Assembly (NCBI GenBank): GCA_963716255.1 | Contig: OY970303.1 | Span: 5,536,001 to 5,600,000 of the forward strand | Length of the DNA: 64,000 nucleotides | Source of the DNA: an uncultured Gemmatimonadales bacterium | GTDB taxonomy: Bacteria > Gemmatimonadota > Gemmatimonadetes > Longimicrobiales > Longimicrobiaceae | Direction of reading: 5' to 3' | Shown here: positions 1 through 11,345 of the stretch, piece after piece | Numbering within the stretch: position 1 is the stretch's first letter | Layout of the letters: every line of letters starts with the position of its first letter | The notes under the pieces: generated by a model | What the model saw: only the letters and a program-made list of their open reading frames with translations | The model's database searches: none | What the model was told of the DNA's origin: nothing | Made by a program: the position numbers and the translations under genes

Positions 1-2
1 GC

Positions 3-95
3 CGCGCCGCGAGCGCGGCGCAGGCGGCCCGGTTCACATGGCAGGAGTACGCACGGAGCATGGTCAAGGTGTATCGCGAGGTGGCGGCGCCGTGA
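3..95 (+). CDS. C-terminal fragment of an upstream gene, probably a GT4 glycosyltransferase (partial)
   Basis: Frame reads RAASAAQAARFTWQEYARSMVKVYREVAAP*, a typical GT4 'F(T/S)W...Y' tail; TGA 93-95 overlaps the next GTG start. Confidence 0.6.
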   Translation, partial: RAASAAQAARFTWQEYARSMVKVYREVAAP

Positions 96-1324
96 GCGCC
101 ACGGAAAGGACGGCCGGGCGGCACCCGCGGGTGCTGCAGGTGGGCAAGTTCTACCCGCCACACTACGGCGGGATCGAGACCCACCTGCAGGTGCTCTGCG
201 ACGGGCTGCGCGACCACGCCGACGTGCGCGTGCTCGTGTCCAGCGACGACCGCAGCCACTCGCTGGAGGTGATCGACGGGATCCCCGTGGAGCGGCTGGG
301 CACCCGCTTCACCCTGGCGGGCGCCCCCATCTGCCCCGGGATGTCGCGGCGCATCCGCGAGTCGCAGGCCGACGTGGTACACATGCACCTCCCCAACCCG
401 GCCGCCGTCATGGCGTACCTCGCCAGCGGCCACCGGGGGCGGCTGGTGGTGAGCTGGCACAGCGACGTGGTCCGGCAGAAGGTGCTGGACGCCGCCTTCC
501 AGCCCATCCTGCGGCGCCTCCTGGACCGCGCCGACGCCATCGTCGCCGCCACCCCCAACTACGTCGCGAGCTCGCCCACGCTGGCGCGCTACCGCGACCG
601 CACCCACGTGATCCCGTACGGGATCCCTATCGGCGGCTTCGAGCGGCCGGGCGACGCGGTCGCCGCGCTGCGCGAGCGCTTCGGGGAGCGGATGGTGCTG
701 GGCGTGGGGCGGCTGGTGTACTACAAGGGCTTCGAGCACCTGGTGGAGGCCATGCGCGGCGTGGACGGCCACCTGGTGATCGTGGGGACCGGGCCGCTGC
801 GGCGGCCGCTGGAGGAGCGGGTGCGGGCGCTGGGGCTGGAGGACCGGGTGACGCTGGTGGGGGGCGTGGACGACACCGTCCCCTTCTACCACGCCGCGCG
901 CGTCTTCGTCCTCGCCTCCATCGCCCGCAGCGAGGCCTTCGGCATCGTGCAGATCGAGGCCATGGCCTGCGGCCGGCCGGTGGTGAACACGCAGCTGGAC
1001 TCCGGCGTCCCCTTCGTGTCGCGCGACGGGGAGAGCGGCCTCACCGTCCCCCCCGCCGACCCGGCCGCGCTCGCCGCCGCCGTCAACCGCCTGCTGGACG
1101 ACGCCGCCCTGCGCGAGACGCTGGGCCGCGCCGCCCGGGCGCGCGTGGAGCGCGAGTTCAGCCAGGAGGCCATGGTGCGGCGCTTCCTGGCGCTGTACGC
1201 CGGCGAGCCCGAGGCGGCCGCCGCCGGCGCGGCGCGCCCCGGGCGCCCCGAGGCGCAGCGCGCCCGCCCGCGCCCGGCCGAAGTCGCCGCGGCGCGGGGC
1301 GCGCAGGGTGGACCTGCTCGCTGA
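92..1324 (+). CDS. Glycosyltransferase family 4
   Basis: VLQVGKFYPP..GGIE N-terminus, GRLVYYKG, EAFGIVQIEAMACG (EX7E); GTG start coupled to upstream TGA. Confidence 0.9.
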   Translation: MSATERTAGRHPRVLQVGKFYPPHYGGIETHLQVLCDGLRDHADVRVLVSSDDRSHSLEVIDGIPVERLGTRFTLAGAPICPGMSRRIRESQADVVHMHLPNPAAVMAYLASGHRGRLVVSWHSDVVRQKVLDAAFQPILRRLLDRADAIVAATPNYVASSPTLARYRDRTHVIPYGIPIGGFERPGDAVAALRERFGERMVLGVGRLVYYKGFEHLVEAMRGVDGHLVIVGTGPLRRPLEERVRALGLEDRVTLVGGVDDTVPFYHAARVFVLASIARSEAFGIVQIEAMACGRPVVNTQLDSGVPFVSRDGESGLTVPPADPAALAAAVNRLLDDAALRETLGRAARARVEREFSQEAMVRRFLALYAGEPEAAAAGAARPGRPEAQRARPRPAEVAAARGAQGGPAR

Positions 1325-1408
1325 AGTGCCTTATTTTCAACCGTTTGTGACCCCGCGGCCGATGTCCTCGTCCGGTGCCGTGGGGCTCCACCCGTTCGCT
1401 CCGGTGAA

Positions 1409-2062
1409 ATGACGCGTGCACGCCTGCTGATCGCGCTCGCCCTCTGCCTCGTCCCGGCCGCGCTCGCCGCGCAGGACGGCGCGCCCGAGACCCCGCCCGC
1501 CACGCTGCGGCCCGGGGACCGCGCCGCCATCCAGGTGTGGCGCAACCAGGAGCTGAGCACCACGCTCACGGTGGGCGAGGACAGCGCCTTCGTGCACCCC
1601 ATCTACGGCGCCGTCAAGGTGGGCGGGCTGCCGCTCCCGGAGGCGCGCGAGCGGGTGCGCCAGTTCCTCACCCGCTTCGAGGGCGAGCCCCGATTCACCA
1701 TGCTCCCCGAGTTCCGGGTGTACGTGGGCGGCGCGGTGCGCGACCCCAACCAGCACTACATGCCGCAGCTGAGCGTGGGCGAGGCCATCACCCGCGTGGG
1801 CGGCTCCACCGCCTCCGACCGGCGGCACCGGGTGCGCCTGGTGCGCGGCGGCCGGCAGTACGTGGAGAACCTGAATGGCTCCGGGATCGCCGCGCTCCTG
1901 CAGACGCCCATCCGCTCCGGCGACCAGATCATCGTGGAGGAGCGGGCCACCTTCACGCGCACCTACGTGGGGCCGGCGCTGCAGATCCTGCAGGCCATCG
2001 GCTCCATCGTCACCACCTACGTGCTCATCGACCAGGTCATCGGCTCGGACGACACGCCCTGA
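1409..2062 (+). CDS. Polysaccharide export protein (Wza-like Poly_export + SLBB)
   Basis: Signal peptide, LRPGD..I.VW, P..G.V.V.G, VYVGGAV..P, GD.I.V motifs; directly upstream of a Wzc-like gene. Confidence 0.85.
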   Translation: MTRARLLIALALCLVPAALAAQDGAPETPPATLRPGDRAAIQVWRNQELSTTLTVGEDSAFVHPIYGAVKVGGLPLPEARERVRQFLTRFEGEPRFTMLPEFRVYVGGAVRDPNQHYMPQLSVGEAITRVGGSTASDRRHRVRLVRGGRQYVENLNGSGIAALLQTPIRSGDQIIVEERATFTRTYVGPALQILQAIGSIVTTYVLIDQVIGSDDTP

Positions 2063-2102
2063 GACGACGGCCCGGACGATCCCACGACCCCAGCGAACCC
2101 AG

Positions 2103-4526
2103 ATGCACGAGCTGTCCTCCTCCCCGGAAAAGCCCCTGTACCTCCCCGGCGGGAGCGGCGCCCTGCGCCCCGACCCCGAGGCGGAGGGCTCCACCTTCGG
2201 CGAGTACGCCGGCGCGCTCCGGCGCTACTACTGGGTGGTGCTCCTGACCACGGTCGTGGGCCTCGGCCTGGCCGTGTACAAGGTGATGACCACCGAGCAG
2301 CTGTTCGGCTCCCAGGCCTCCGTGGAGATCGGCTCCGAGGGCGCCGCCGCCCCCTCCGGCGGGCTCGCCGGGATCGCCGCCTCGCTGGGCGGCGGCGGGG
2401 CGGGCGGGGTGAGCACCGACGTGGAGATCATCCGCAGCCGCATGATCCTGGGGCAGGTGGTGGACTCCCTGGGGCTCCGCCTGGCCCGCGAGGTCCCCGA
2501 CCTGTGGCGCACCGAGTACCACCCGGTGGGGATCGTGGACGGGGTGCGCATCGCGCCCGACGCCACCACGGCGCCGCTGGAGCTGGCCTTCGGGGACCGG
2601 GGCGTCCGCGTGAGCAGCGGCGGCCGCGAGGCCTCGGCCGCGTACGGGGCGCCGGTGGAGATCGGCGGCGTGCGCTTCACCGTCCCCTCCCGCCCCGGCG
2701 GGACCGACCGGCTGACGCTCCAGGTGATCCCGCACAAGTCCGCGGTGGACCGGCTGCTGGAGAACGTGGTCGTGTACCCGCGCGACAACGTCAGCATCGT
2801 CGACATCGTGGTGACCGGCTACGACCCCGTGGTCACCGAGCGCATCGCCAACGTCACCGCCGAGCTGTACCAGCACTACAGCAGCCGCAAGTCGCGCGTG
2901 CAGGCCGAGCGCCGCCGCGAGTTCGTGGAGGAGCAGCTGCGCACCGGCGAGACCCTGCTGCTGGACGCGCAGAACCGCCTCACCGAGCACCGCAGGAGCG
3001 CCGGGCTGTTCAGCGCCCGCGCCGAGGCCATGACCGGCCAGGTGCAGCGCGGCGAGGTGGAGCTGAAGCGCGCCGAGCTGAACGCCGACCTGCAGATCTA
3101 CAAGTCGCTCCTGGCGCAGGCGCAGAGCACCCGGCGCGAGAGCGCCGACGTGATCCGCACCATCGTCTCCAACCCGGAGATGAGCGCCAACCCCACGGTG
3201 CTCGCGCTGTACGACCGGCTCACCAAGTACGAGTCGCTCCGCGACAGCATCACCACCGGCCCGTACCGCGTCAGCGCCTCCAACCCCGACCTGGCGCGCA
3301 CCGACTCGCTGATCGCGCTGAACCGCAGCGCCCTCATCGAGGCCACGCGCAACCACGTCGAGTGGCTGGAGGCGCGCGTGCGCGGCATGGACGCCATCAC
3401 CCAGCGCTCCGACAGCAGCATCAGCCGGCTCGCCGGCGCCGAGCCCGAGGAGACCCGGCTCATGCTGGAGGTGGAGTCGTTCGGCGAGGCGGTGAAGACG
3501 CTGCGCGAAAAGTACTACACGGCCGGGATCGCCGAGGCCGCGGGCGAGGACAAGGTCACCTTCCTGGACCGCGCCCTCCCCGGCGAGCCCGCCGGCTCCG
3601 GCCCCGTCCGCTCGCTGGTCTTCGGGCTCATCTTCGGCGTCATGGTGGGCGCCGGCGGCGCGGTCGCGCTGGACGGGCTGAACCGCTCCGTCCGCAAGCG
3701 CGGCGAGCTGGAGCGCGTGCTCCACGTCCCCGAGCTGGCCGTGATCCCGCAGGTGCGCTCCCTGTCCGGCGCCCGGCGGCTCCGCCTCCCCGGGATGGCC
3801 GGCGTGGGCGGCCGCGCCCTCCCCGCCGCCGCGCGCCCCGAGCCGCTCGCGGCCACGCAGGTGTACTCCAGCGGCGCCGAAGCGTACCGGACGCTGCGCA
3901 CCAACCTGATCTTCGCGCAGGCGGGGCAGGGGCTGCGCTCCATCGTGGTGACCAGCCCCTCCGGCTCCGAGGGCAAGACCACCACCGCCGCCAACGTCGC
4001 CGTCGCCTTCGCCCAGCAGGGAATGCGCGTCCTGCTGGTGGACTGCGACTTCTACCGCGCGCGGCTGCACCAGGTCTTCGGGGTGCCCAACTCGCCCGGG
4101 CTCGCCGACCTGCTGCTGGGCACCGTCGCGGTGGAGCAGGTGGTGCGCCCCACCGCCGTGGAGCGTGTGTCGGTGATCCCCGCGGGGCCGCTCCCGCCGG
4201 TCAACCCCACCGACCTGCTGGGCGGCGACGTGATGCGCTCGCTGCTGGCGTCGCTCGCCGGCGACTTCGACCTGGTGGTGCTGGACACGCCCCCGGTGCT
4301 CACCAACGCCAACGCGCCCATCCTGGCCACCCAGACCGACGGCGTGGTGCTGGTGGTGCGCGCCGGCCAGACGGACCGCGACACCGCGCGCGAGGCGATG
4401 CAGCAGCTGGCGACGGTCGGCGCGCGTGTGCTCGGCACGGTGCTCAACGACCCGGATGCCACGCTGGTGCAGCGCAAGGGGTATTACGAGGCCGCTGTTT
4501 CCGGAGGGAACGGGAACAGGGCTTGA
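2103..4526 (+). CDS. wzc: Wzc-type polysaccharide co-polymerase / tyrosine autokinase
   Basis: Two TM segments, coiled-coil periplasmic region, EAYRTLRTNL, Walker A SPSGSEGKTT, VLLVDCD, VVLDTPP; ATG at 2103. Confidence 0.9.
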   Translation: MHELSSSPEKPLYLPGGSGALRPDPEAEGSTFGEYAGALRRYYWVVLLTTVVGLGLAVYKVMTTEQLFGSQASVEIGSEGAAAPSGGLAGIAASLGGGGAGGVSTDVEIIRSRMILGQVVDSLGLRLAREVPDLWRTEYHPVGIVDGVRIAPDATTAPLELAFGDRGVRVSSGGREASAAYGAPVEIGGVRFTVPSRPGGTDRLTLQVIPHKSAVDRLLENVVVYPRDNVSIVDIVVTGYDPVVTERIANVTAELYQHYSSRKSRVQAERRREFVEEQLRTGETLLLDAQNRLTEHRRSAGLFSARAEAMTGQVQRGEVELKRAELNADLQIYKSLLAQAQSTRRESADVIRTIVSNPEMSANPTVLALYDRLTKYESLRDSITTGPYRVSASNPDLARTDSLIALNRSALIEATRNHVEWLEARVRGMDAITQRSDSSISRLAGAEPEETRLMLEVESFGEAVKTLREKYYTAGIAEAAGEDKVTFLDRALPGEPAGSGPVRSLVFGLIFGVMVGAGGAVALDGLNRSVRKRGELERVLHVPELAVIPQVRSLSGARRLRLPGMAGVGGRALPAAARPEPLAATQVYSSGAEAYRTLRTNLIFAQAGQGLRSIVVTSPSGSEGKTTTAANVAVAFAQQGMRVLLVDCDFYRARLHQVFGVPNSPGLADLLLGTVAVEQVVRPTAVERVSVIPAGPLPPVNPTDLLGGDVMRSLLASLAGDFDLVVLDTPPVLTNANAPILATQTDGVVLVVRAGQTDRDTAREAMQQLATVGARVLGTVLNDPDATLVQRKGYYEAAVSGGNGNRA

Positions 4527-4689
4527 TTCGGGCGTGCCCCCGGCTGGCGCCGGGGTCGGGCTTCGGCTCCGTAACGCACGAAACGACCGTGCGTAACGGA
4601 GTCGAGCCCGCGCAAACAGCCGCGCGGTCTCGCCCCTTCGGGCCGAAATCCCTCACGCGGGGCTCGCGCTGGCGTCCGCGGGGGCCCCC
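4527..4689 (+). repeat. Structured intergenic repeat family A, copy 1
   Basis: TTCGGGCGTGCCCCCGGCTGGCGCCGGGGTCGGGCTTCGGCTCCGTA...CCCTCACGCGGG; near-identical to copies at 12425, 37505, 55710(-), 63755; starts directly after the wzc stop. Confidence 0.95.
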
Positions 4690-4737
4690 ACCCGGCTCGC
4701 TTGAGGCTCGCCACCCTCCCCCAATTCTGGGGGAGGG
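4689..4737 (+). repeat. REP-like palindromic repeat family B
   Basis: CACCCGGCTCGCTTGAGGCTCGCCACCCTCCCCCAATTCTGGGGGAGGG; matches 37917-37971 (-) and 55623-55673. Confidence 0.85.
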
Positions 4738-5045
4738 CTGGCCGAAGGTCAGGCCGTTTGCCGTTGCGATCTGCGCCGGGAGGTCGGGAGAGCCTGCCCC
4801 GGCCGACCCCGTGCTCGGAGCTGTCCGGAGCGGCGAGCCGTTCGGCTCGGTGACGAAGCGCGCATGTGGAGGCAATCCCGTCCACGGACGGGCGCGGTTC
4901 GGTTGTGTGGGGGCGTATCTGCTTGTATTTTCCTGATCTCTGCTCCCGGGAAAGAGTCCCGGGAGCGTGCGCGTTCCGGTGACCCGCGGAAGACATTGAT
5001 CGTCGCGTACGGGAACGTCACGGACCCCGGCCCGCCGCTCGCAGC

Positions 5046-5882
5046 GTGACGCCGGCGCCCATCGGCATGAGCGAGCGGACCGCCGGGGTCACGCTTTCCG
5101 TGGTCGTGCCGGCGTACAACGAGGAGACCACCATCGCCGCGCTCGTGCGCCGCGTGCGCGAGTGCCCGCTCCGGACCGAGGTCGTGGTGGTGGACGACGC
5201 CTCCACGGACGGGACGCGCGCCGTGCTGGAGTCGCTGCGGGCGGCGGGGCTGGTGGACCGGCTGGTGCTGCACGAGCACAACCAGGGCAAGGGAGCCGCG
5301 GTACGCTCCGCCATCCCGCACGTCACCGGCGAGCTGGTGGTGATCCAGGACGCGGACCTGGAGTACGACCCGGCCGACCTCCCGGCGCTGCTGCAGCCCA
5401 TCCTGGACGGCAGGGCCGACGCGGTGCTGGGGAGCCGGTTCCTGGGCGGCCCGCACCGCGTGCTGTACTTCTGGCACAGGGTGGGGAACGGGTTCCTGAC
5501 GCTGGTCTCGAACATGTTCACCAACCTGAACCTCACCGACATGGAAACGTGCTACAAGGTGGTGAGGTCGGACCTGATGAAGAGCCTGCCGCTGCGCTCG
5601 CGGCGCTTCGGCATCGAGCCCGAGCTGGTGGCCAGGCTCGCCCAGGCGGGCGCCCGCATCTACGAGGTCCCCATCAGCTACAGCGGGCGGACCTACGCCG
5701 AGGGGAAGAAGATCGGCTGGCGGGACGGGGTGGCCGCTTTCTGGCACATCCTCCGCTGCAACCTCGTCCCCCCGCGCGCGCCGGCGTACCGGCACGTGGC
5801 GGGGGGCGCGGGCGTGGTCCCGGCGGTGCCGGCGCCGGCCGTGGCGGAGCAGGCGGGGATGGCCCGTCTACACACCAACTGA
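5046..5882 (+). CDS. Glycosyltransferase family 2 (DPM1/polyprenol-phosphate glycosyltransferase-like)
   Basis: [54 protein letters not shown]; start could be ATG 5067. Confidence 0.9.
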   Translation: MTPAPIGMSERTAGVTLSVVVPAYNEETTIAALVRRVRECPLRTEVVVVDDASTDGTRAVLESLRAAGLVDRLVLHEHNQGKGAAVRSAIPHVTGELVVIQDADLEYDPADLPALLQPILDGRADAVLGSRFLGGPHRVLYFWHRVGNGFLTLVSNMFTNLNLTDMETCYKVVRSDLMKSLPLRSRRFGIEPELVARLAQAGARIYEVPISYSGRTYAEGKKIGWRDGVAAFWHILRCNLVPPRAPAYRHVAGGAGVVPAVPAPAVAEQAGMARLHTN

Positions 5883-5898
5883 GAATCGTCGCGCGAAC

Positions 5899-7275
5899 AT
5901 GCAGATAACGGTCGTCGGCACGGGATACGTGGGGCTGGTGGTGGGAGCGTGCCTGGCGGAGACGGGGAACGACGTCGTCTGCGCCGACATCGACGCGGGC
6001 AAGATCGACCGGCTCAACGCCGGCGAGATCCCCATCTACGAGCCCGGGCTGGAGCCGCTGGTGGAGCGCAACCTTTCCGAGGGGCGCATCCGCTTCACCA
6101 CCGACGTGGCGGACGCCGTCCGCGCCGCCGAGATCGTCTTCATCGCCGTGGGCACCCCCCCGGGCGAGGACGGCTCCGCCGACCTGCAGCACGTGCTCGC
6201 CGTGGCCGAAACGGTGGGGCGCAACATGCCCGCCGACGGGCCCGAGAAGATCGTCATCACGAAGAGCACCGTCCCCGTGGGCACCGCCGGCAAGGTGCGC
6301 GAGGCAATCCGCCGCCACACCACGCGGCCCTTCCACGTCTGCTCCAACCCCGAGTTCCTCAAGGAAGGTGCGGCGGTCCAGGACTTCATGAAGCCCGACC
6401 GCGTGGTGGTGGGCGTGGAGTCCGAGTACGCCCGCGAGCGGCTGGCCGAGCTGTACGAGCCCTTCGTGCGCACCGGCAACCCCATCCTGTTCATGGACAT
6501 CGCCTCCGCGGAGATCACCAAGTACGCCGCCAACGCGATGCTCGCCACCCGCATCTCCTTCATGAACACCATCGCCGGCCTGTGCGAGGCCGTCGGGGCG
6601 GACGTGTCCAGGGTGCGCGCCGGGATCGGGACCGACGAGCGCATCGGCTCCAGCTTCCTTTTCGCCGGCATCGGCTACGGCGGGAGCTGCTTCCCCAAGG
6701 ACGTCAAGGCGCTGATCCACACGCTCCGCACCGTGGGCGTGGACCCGGTGATCCTGGAAGGGGTCGAGCACGTCAACGCCGCGCAGAAGTCGCTGCTGCT
6801 GGAGCGCGTCGTGGAGCGCTACGGCGAGGACCTTTCCGGCTGCACCTTCGCCGTCTGGGGGCTGTCCTTCAAGCCCGAGACCGACGACATGCGCGAGGCG
6901 CCGTCGCTCACCGTGCTGCGCGGACTGGCCGCGCGCGGCGCCCGGCTGTGCGCCCACGATCCCGAGGCGCGCCACGAGGCCGAGCGCCACCTCGGCGACC
7001 TGGTGGAGTCCGGGGCGCTCACCCTGTTCGAGCACAACTACGACTGCCTGGGCGGCGCCGACGCGCTCCTGGTGCTCACCGAGTGGGCCCCGTACCGCCG
7101 CCCCGACTTCGGTCGCATCCGCTCGCTGCTGCGCGAGCCGGTGGTCTTCGACGGGCGCAACCTGTGGGAGCCGGAGAAGATGCGCGAGCAGGGCTTCCAC
7201 TACGTGTCCGTCGGCCGCTCCTCCGTCGCCCCGCTGGCGGCGGTGCAGGCGCAGCCGCACGCGGCGGCGCGCTGA
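5899..7275 (+). CDS. ugd: UDP-glucose 6-dehydrogenase
   Basis: GTGYVG Rossmann motif, [19 protein letters not shown] catalytic Cys motif, [10 protein letters not shown]. Confidence 0.93.
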   Translation: MQITVVGTGYVGLVVGACLAETGNDVVCADIDAGKIDRLNAGEIPIYEPGLEPLVERNLSEGRIRFTTDVADAVRAAEIVFIAVGTPPGEDGSADLQHVLAVAETVGRNMPADGPEKIVITKSTVPVGTAGKVREAIRRHTTRPFHVCSNPEFLKEGAAVQDFMKPDRVVVGVESEYARERLAELYEPFVRTGNPILFMDIASAEITKYAANAMLATRISFMNTIAGLCEAVGADVSRVRAGIGTDERIGSSFLFAGIGYGGSCFPKDVKALIHTLRTVGVDPVILEGVEHVNAAQKSLLLERVVERYGEDLSGCTFAVWGLSFKPETDDMREAPSLTVLRGLAARGARLCAHDPEARHEAERHLGDLVESGALTLFEHNYDCLGGADALLVLTEWAPYRRPDFGRIRSLLREPVVFDGRNLWEPEKMREQGFHYVSVGRSSVAPLAAVQAQPHAAAR

Positions 7276-7285
7276 GGGCCGCGGA

Positions 7286-8248
<963 letters not shown>

Positions 8249-8281
8249 CCGCCGCGCGCCGGCTCTCCTCCCGGCGCCCGG

Positions 8282-9328
8282 ATGTCCCCCCTTTCCATGG
8301 CATCGATGAACGTGACCGGGCGGAGTCCGGCTACCCAGGCCTCCACCGAGCGTGGCTCCCCCCGCGGGGAGGCGGCGCAGCCGGCCGTCCGTGCCACGGT
8401 GCGGGTGGCCGTGTGCGTGGCGACGCTGCAGCGCCCCCTGCTCCTTGGGGCGCTGCTGGACAGCCTCGCGGGGCTGGAGTTCCGCAAGAGCGCCCCGGTG
8501 GAGCCGTTCATCGTGGTCGTGGACAACGACCGGGGGGAGACCGCCCGCGAAGTCGTGGAGGCGGCGCGTGACCGGCTGCCGTTTCCGGTCGTCTACAACG
8601 TCGAGCCCAACCGGGGCATTCCGCACGCGCGCAACTGCGGGGTGCGCACGGCGCTCCGCGAGGGCGCCGAGTTCGTGGCCTTCATCGACGACGACGAGGT
8701 CGCGAGCCCCGACTGGCTGGACGAGCTCCTGTACGTGCAGCGCCAGAGCGGCGCGGACGTGGTCAGCGGTCCCTCGCTGCCGCGCTTCGCGCCCGGGGTG
8801 GAACCGTGGGTGGTGGAGGGCGGCTTCTTCACCTATCCCCGCTACGCGACCGGGGAAGCCATCCCCATCGCGGCCACCAACAACGCGCTGGTGGCCGCGC
8901 AGCTGTTCCGCGGCACGGAGGAGCCCTTCGACCCGACCTTCGGGCTGAGCGGGATGGACGACTCGCACTTCTTCATGCGGGTCAGGATGTCCGGGGCCAG
9001 GCTGGTGTGGGCGGACGAGGCGCGCGTGGAGGAGTTCATCCCCGCGTCGCGCGCCCGGGTGGGGTGGATCGTGAAACGGGCCTTCCGCATCGGCAACGGC
9101 TACGTGTTCTGCGTCCGGGCGCTGTCGCCACCGCACCGCTGGGTCATTCCCCGGGTTGCGGGGGCGCTGGCCCGCATCGGGTACGGCACGCTCGCGCTGC
9201 CGTTCGCGGCGGCCCGGGGCCGCGCGCCGCTGGTGAGCGCGCTGCGCACGATCTCCAACGGGGCGGGGTCGCTGGTGGCGCTGGCGGGCAAGCGCTACCA
9301 GGAGTACACCGTCATCCATGGCCGGTGA
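8282..9328 (+). CDS. Glycosyltransferase family 2 (ExoM-like)
   Basis: VVVDND, GIPHARN, AFIDDDE, FDPTFGLSGMDD; start uncertain. Confidence 0.85.
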   Translation: MSPLSMASMNVTGRSPATQASTERGSPRGEAAQPAVRATVRVAVCVATLQRPLLLGALLDSLAGLEFRKSAPVEPFIVVVDNDRGETAREVVEAARDRLPFPVVYNVEPNRGIPHARNCGVRTALREGAEFVAFIDDDEVASPDWLDELLYVQRQSGADVVSGPSLPRFAPGVEPWVVEGGFFTYPRYATGEAIPIAATNNALVAAQLFRGTEEPFDPTFGLSGMDDSHFFMRVRMSGARLVWADEARVEEFIPASRARVGWIVKRAFRIGNGYVFCVRALSPPHRWVIPRVAGALARIGYGTLALPFAAARGRAPLVSALRTISNGAGSLVALAGKRYQEYTVIHGR

Positions 9329-11330
9329 GCGGACAGGGTCCGCGTCGCCATCCACGAGGTACGTAATGCAACCGGGGACCAGCTTCCTGATCCGCGCGCC
9401 GCTCAATCTGGTGCGCCGGATTCGCTACATGCACCGGCGGTCGGTGGCCTTCTGCGTGTACACGGGGGTGACCGCCCTCTCGTACGCCCTGGCCTTCCTG
9501 CTGCGCTTCGAGTTCGGCTGGCCCGGCGTCTACACGACCACCTTCCTGGCCACCCTTCCCCTGCTGGTCGTGGTGCGGCACGTCTGCCACCTGCTGTTCC
9601 GGCTGACCACCGGCCGGTGGCGGTTCGTGGGCGTGGACGACGTGCTCCGCCTGGCCGCCGCCACCCTGGTGGGCTCGGCGGTGTTCTTCGCGCTCACGCG
9701 CGGCGCGCCCTTCCCGCTGCCGGTGCCCAAGTCGGTGGTGGCCGGGGAGGCCATCCTCAGCGTCCTCTTCACCTCCGCCGTCTGGATCTCGTACCGGGCT
9801 GCCTTCGAGGCGCTCCGCTACCGCCTGTCCGCCCGGGGGCAGCAGGAGGTGCGGGTGCTGATCATCGGGGCGGGCGAGTCCGGGTACATGCTGGCCCGCG
9901 AGATGTCGCGCCGGAACACCGGGTACCGCCCGGTGGGCTTCGTGGACGACGACCCTCACAAGTGGGGGACGCGCCTGGCCGGGCTGGAGGTGATCGGCTC
10001 GCTCTCCGACCTGCGGGCGATCACCGAGGCGTACCGGGTGGAGGAGCTGGTGCTGGCGGTGCCGTACGCCACCCCCGCGCAGATGCGCACCATCGTGGAG
10101 CGCTGCGAGAGCACGGAGCTTCCCTTCCGCGTGCTCCCCAGCATCGCCGAGGTGCTGGCCGGGCACGTGCGGCTGGACCAGGTGCGCGAGGTGCGCATCG
10201 AGGACCTTCTGGGCCGGGAGCCGGTGGAGCTGGAGCTCCAGGAGCTCGCCGAGGACCTCCAGGGCGCCTGCGTGCTGATCACCGGCGCGGCGGGCTCCAT
10301 CGGCTCGGAATTGTCGCGGCAGATCGCCCTGCACACCCCGGCGACGCTGGTGCTCTTCGACCAGGCGGAGACCGAGCTGTACTTCCTGGAGCTGGAGATC
10401 CGCGAGCGCCACCCCAGGCTGCGCATCGTCCCGGTGATCGGCGACATCGTGGACCGCGACGCGGTGGAGGCGGTGTTCGAGGCGTTCGGACCCACCCACG
10501 TCTTCCACGCGGCCGCGTACAAGCACGTGCCCATGATGGAGACCAACGTGCGCCAGGCCGTCCGCAACAACGCCATCGGCACCTGGGTGCTCGCCGAGGC
10601 CGCGGGGCGGCACGGCGCGCGCAAGTTCGTGCTGGTGAGCACCGACAAGGCGGTCAAGCCGGTGAGCGTGATGGGCGCCACCAAGCGCCTGGCGGAGATG
10701 GTGGTGCTGGAAACGCAGGAGCGGCACCCGGACACCGTGTACGCGGCGGTGCGCTTCGGCAACGTGCTGGGGAGCAACGGCAGCGTCATCCCGCTCTTCA
10801 AGCGGCAGCTCGCGTCCGGGAAGCCGCTGACGGTGACGCACCCGGACGCCACCCGCTACTTCATGACCATCCCGGAGGCGGTGCAGCTCATCCTGCAGGC
10901 GTCGCTCCTGGACGAGATCCGCGGGCAGATCGCCATGCTGGAGATGGGCGAGCCGGTCCGCATCCTGGACCTCGCGCGCAACCTGCTGCGCCTGTCGGGG
11001 AACCGCTCGCGCAGGAGGAGCATCGTCTTCACCGGGATGCGGCCGGGGGAAAAGCTCCACGAGGAGCTGGTCGCCCCCGACGAGGAGACCATCGAGACGA
11101 CCATCCCCAAGGTGCGGCTCATCCGCACGGGGGACGCCGCCGGGCAGGCGGTCGGCGACACGCTCTCCACCTGGGACCTGGCCTTCCGCTCGCACCGCGA
11201 CGCCGAGGTGGCGGCCTCGCTCGCCGGGCTCTTCCCGGCGCTCAGCTTCGGCAGGGGCGCGCCGGTCGCGGCCGCCGCCCCGGTGCGGCCCGGCATCCCC
11301 GCCGCCCAGCTGGAGCAGACGGCGCGGTAG
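9318..11330 (+). CDS. Membrane-anchored UDP-GlcNAc 4,6-dehydratase (WbpM/CapD/PglF family)
   Basis: N-terminal TMs, IIGAG, IEDLLGREPV, GAAGSIGSE, HAAAYKHVP, STDKAV, RFGNVLGSNGSV, PGEKLHEEL; start may be downstream (9366). Confidence 0.92.
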   Translation: MAGERTGSASPSTRYVMQPGTSFLIRAPLNLVRRIRYMHRRSVAFCVYTGVTALSYALAFLLRFEFGWPGVYTTTFLATLPLLVVVRHVCHLLFRLTTGRWRFVGVDDVLRLAAATLVGSAVFFALTRGAPFPLPVPKSVVAGEAILSVLFTSAVWISYRAAFEALRYRLSARGQQEVRVLIIGAGESGYMLAREMSRRNTGYRPVGFVDDDPHKWGTRLAGLEVIGSLSDLRAITEAYRVEELVLAVPYATPAQMRTIVERCESTELPFRVLPSIAEVLAGHVRLDQVREVRIEDLLGREPVELELQELAEDLQGACVLITGAAGSIGSELSRQIALHTPATLVLFDQAETELYFLELEIRERHPRLRIVPVIGDIVDRDAVEAVFEAFGPTHVFHAAAYKHVPMMETNVRQAVRNNAIGTWVLAEAAGRHGARKFVLVSTDKAVKPVSVMGATKRLAEMVVLETQERHPDTVYAAVRFGNVLGSNGSVIPLFKRQLASGKPLTVTHPDATRYFMTIPEAVQLILQASLLDEIRGQIAMLEMGEPVRILDLARNLLRLSGNRSRRRSIVFTGMRPGEKLHEELVAPDEETIETTIPKVRLIRTGDAAGQAVGDTLSTWDLAFRSHRDAEVAASLAGLFPALSFGRGAPVAAAAPVRPGIPAAQLEQTAR

Positions 11331-11345
11331 CGCCGGAGCGCCCGC

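Noticed and set aside
1309..1337. Possible internal promoter TGGACC-N17-TATTTT before the wza-like gene
   Set aside because: Only a weak consensus match, overlapping the upstream CDS end; insufficient support.
4527..4661. Family A as a tRNA or tRNA-derived element
   Set aside because: Multibranch fold, but stem and loop sizes do not fit a cloverleaf; no T-loop GTTCRA in the proper position and no CCA end.
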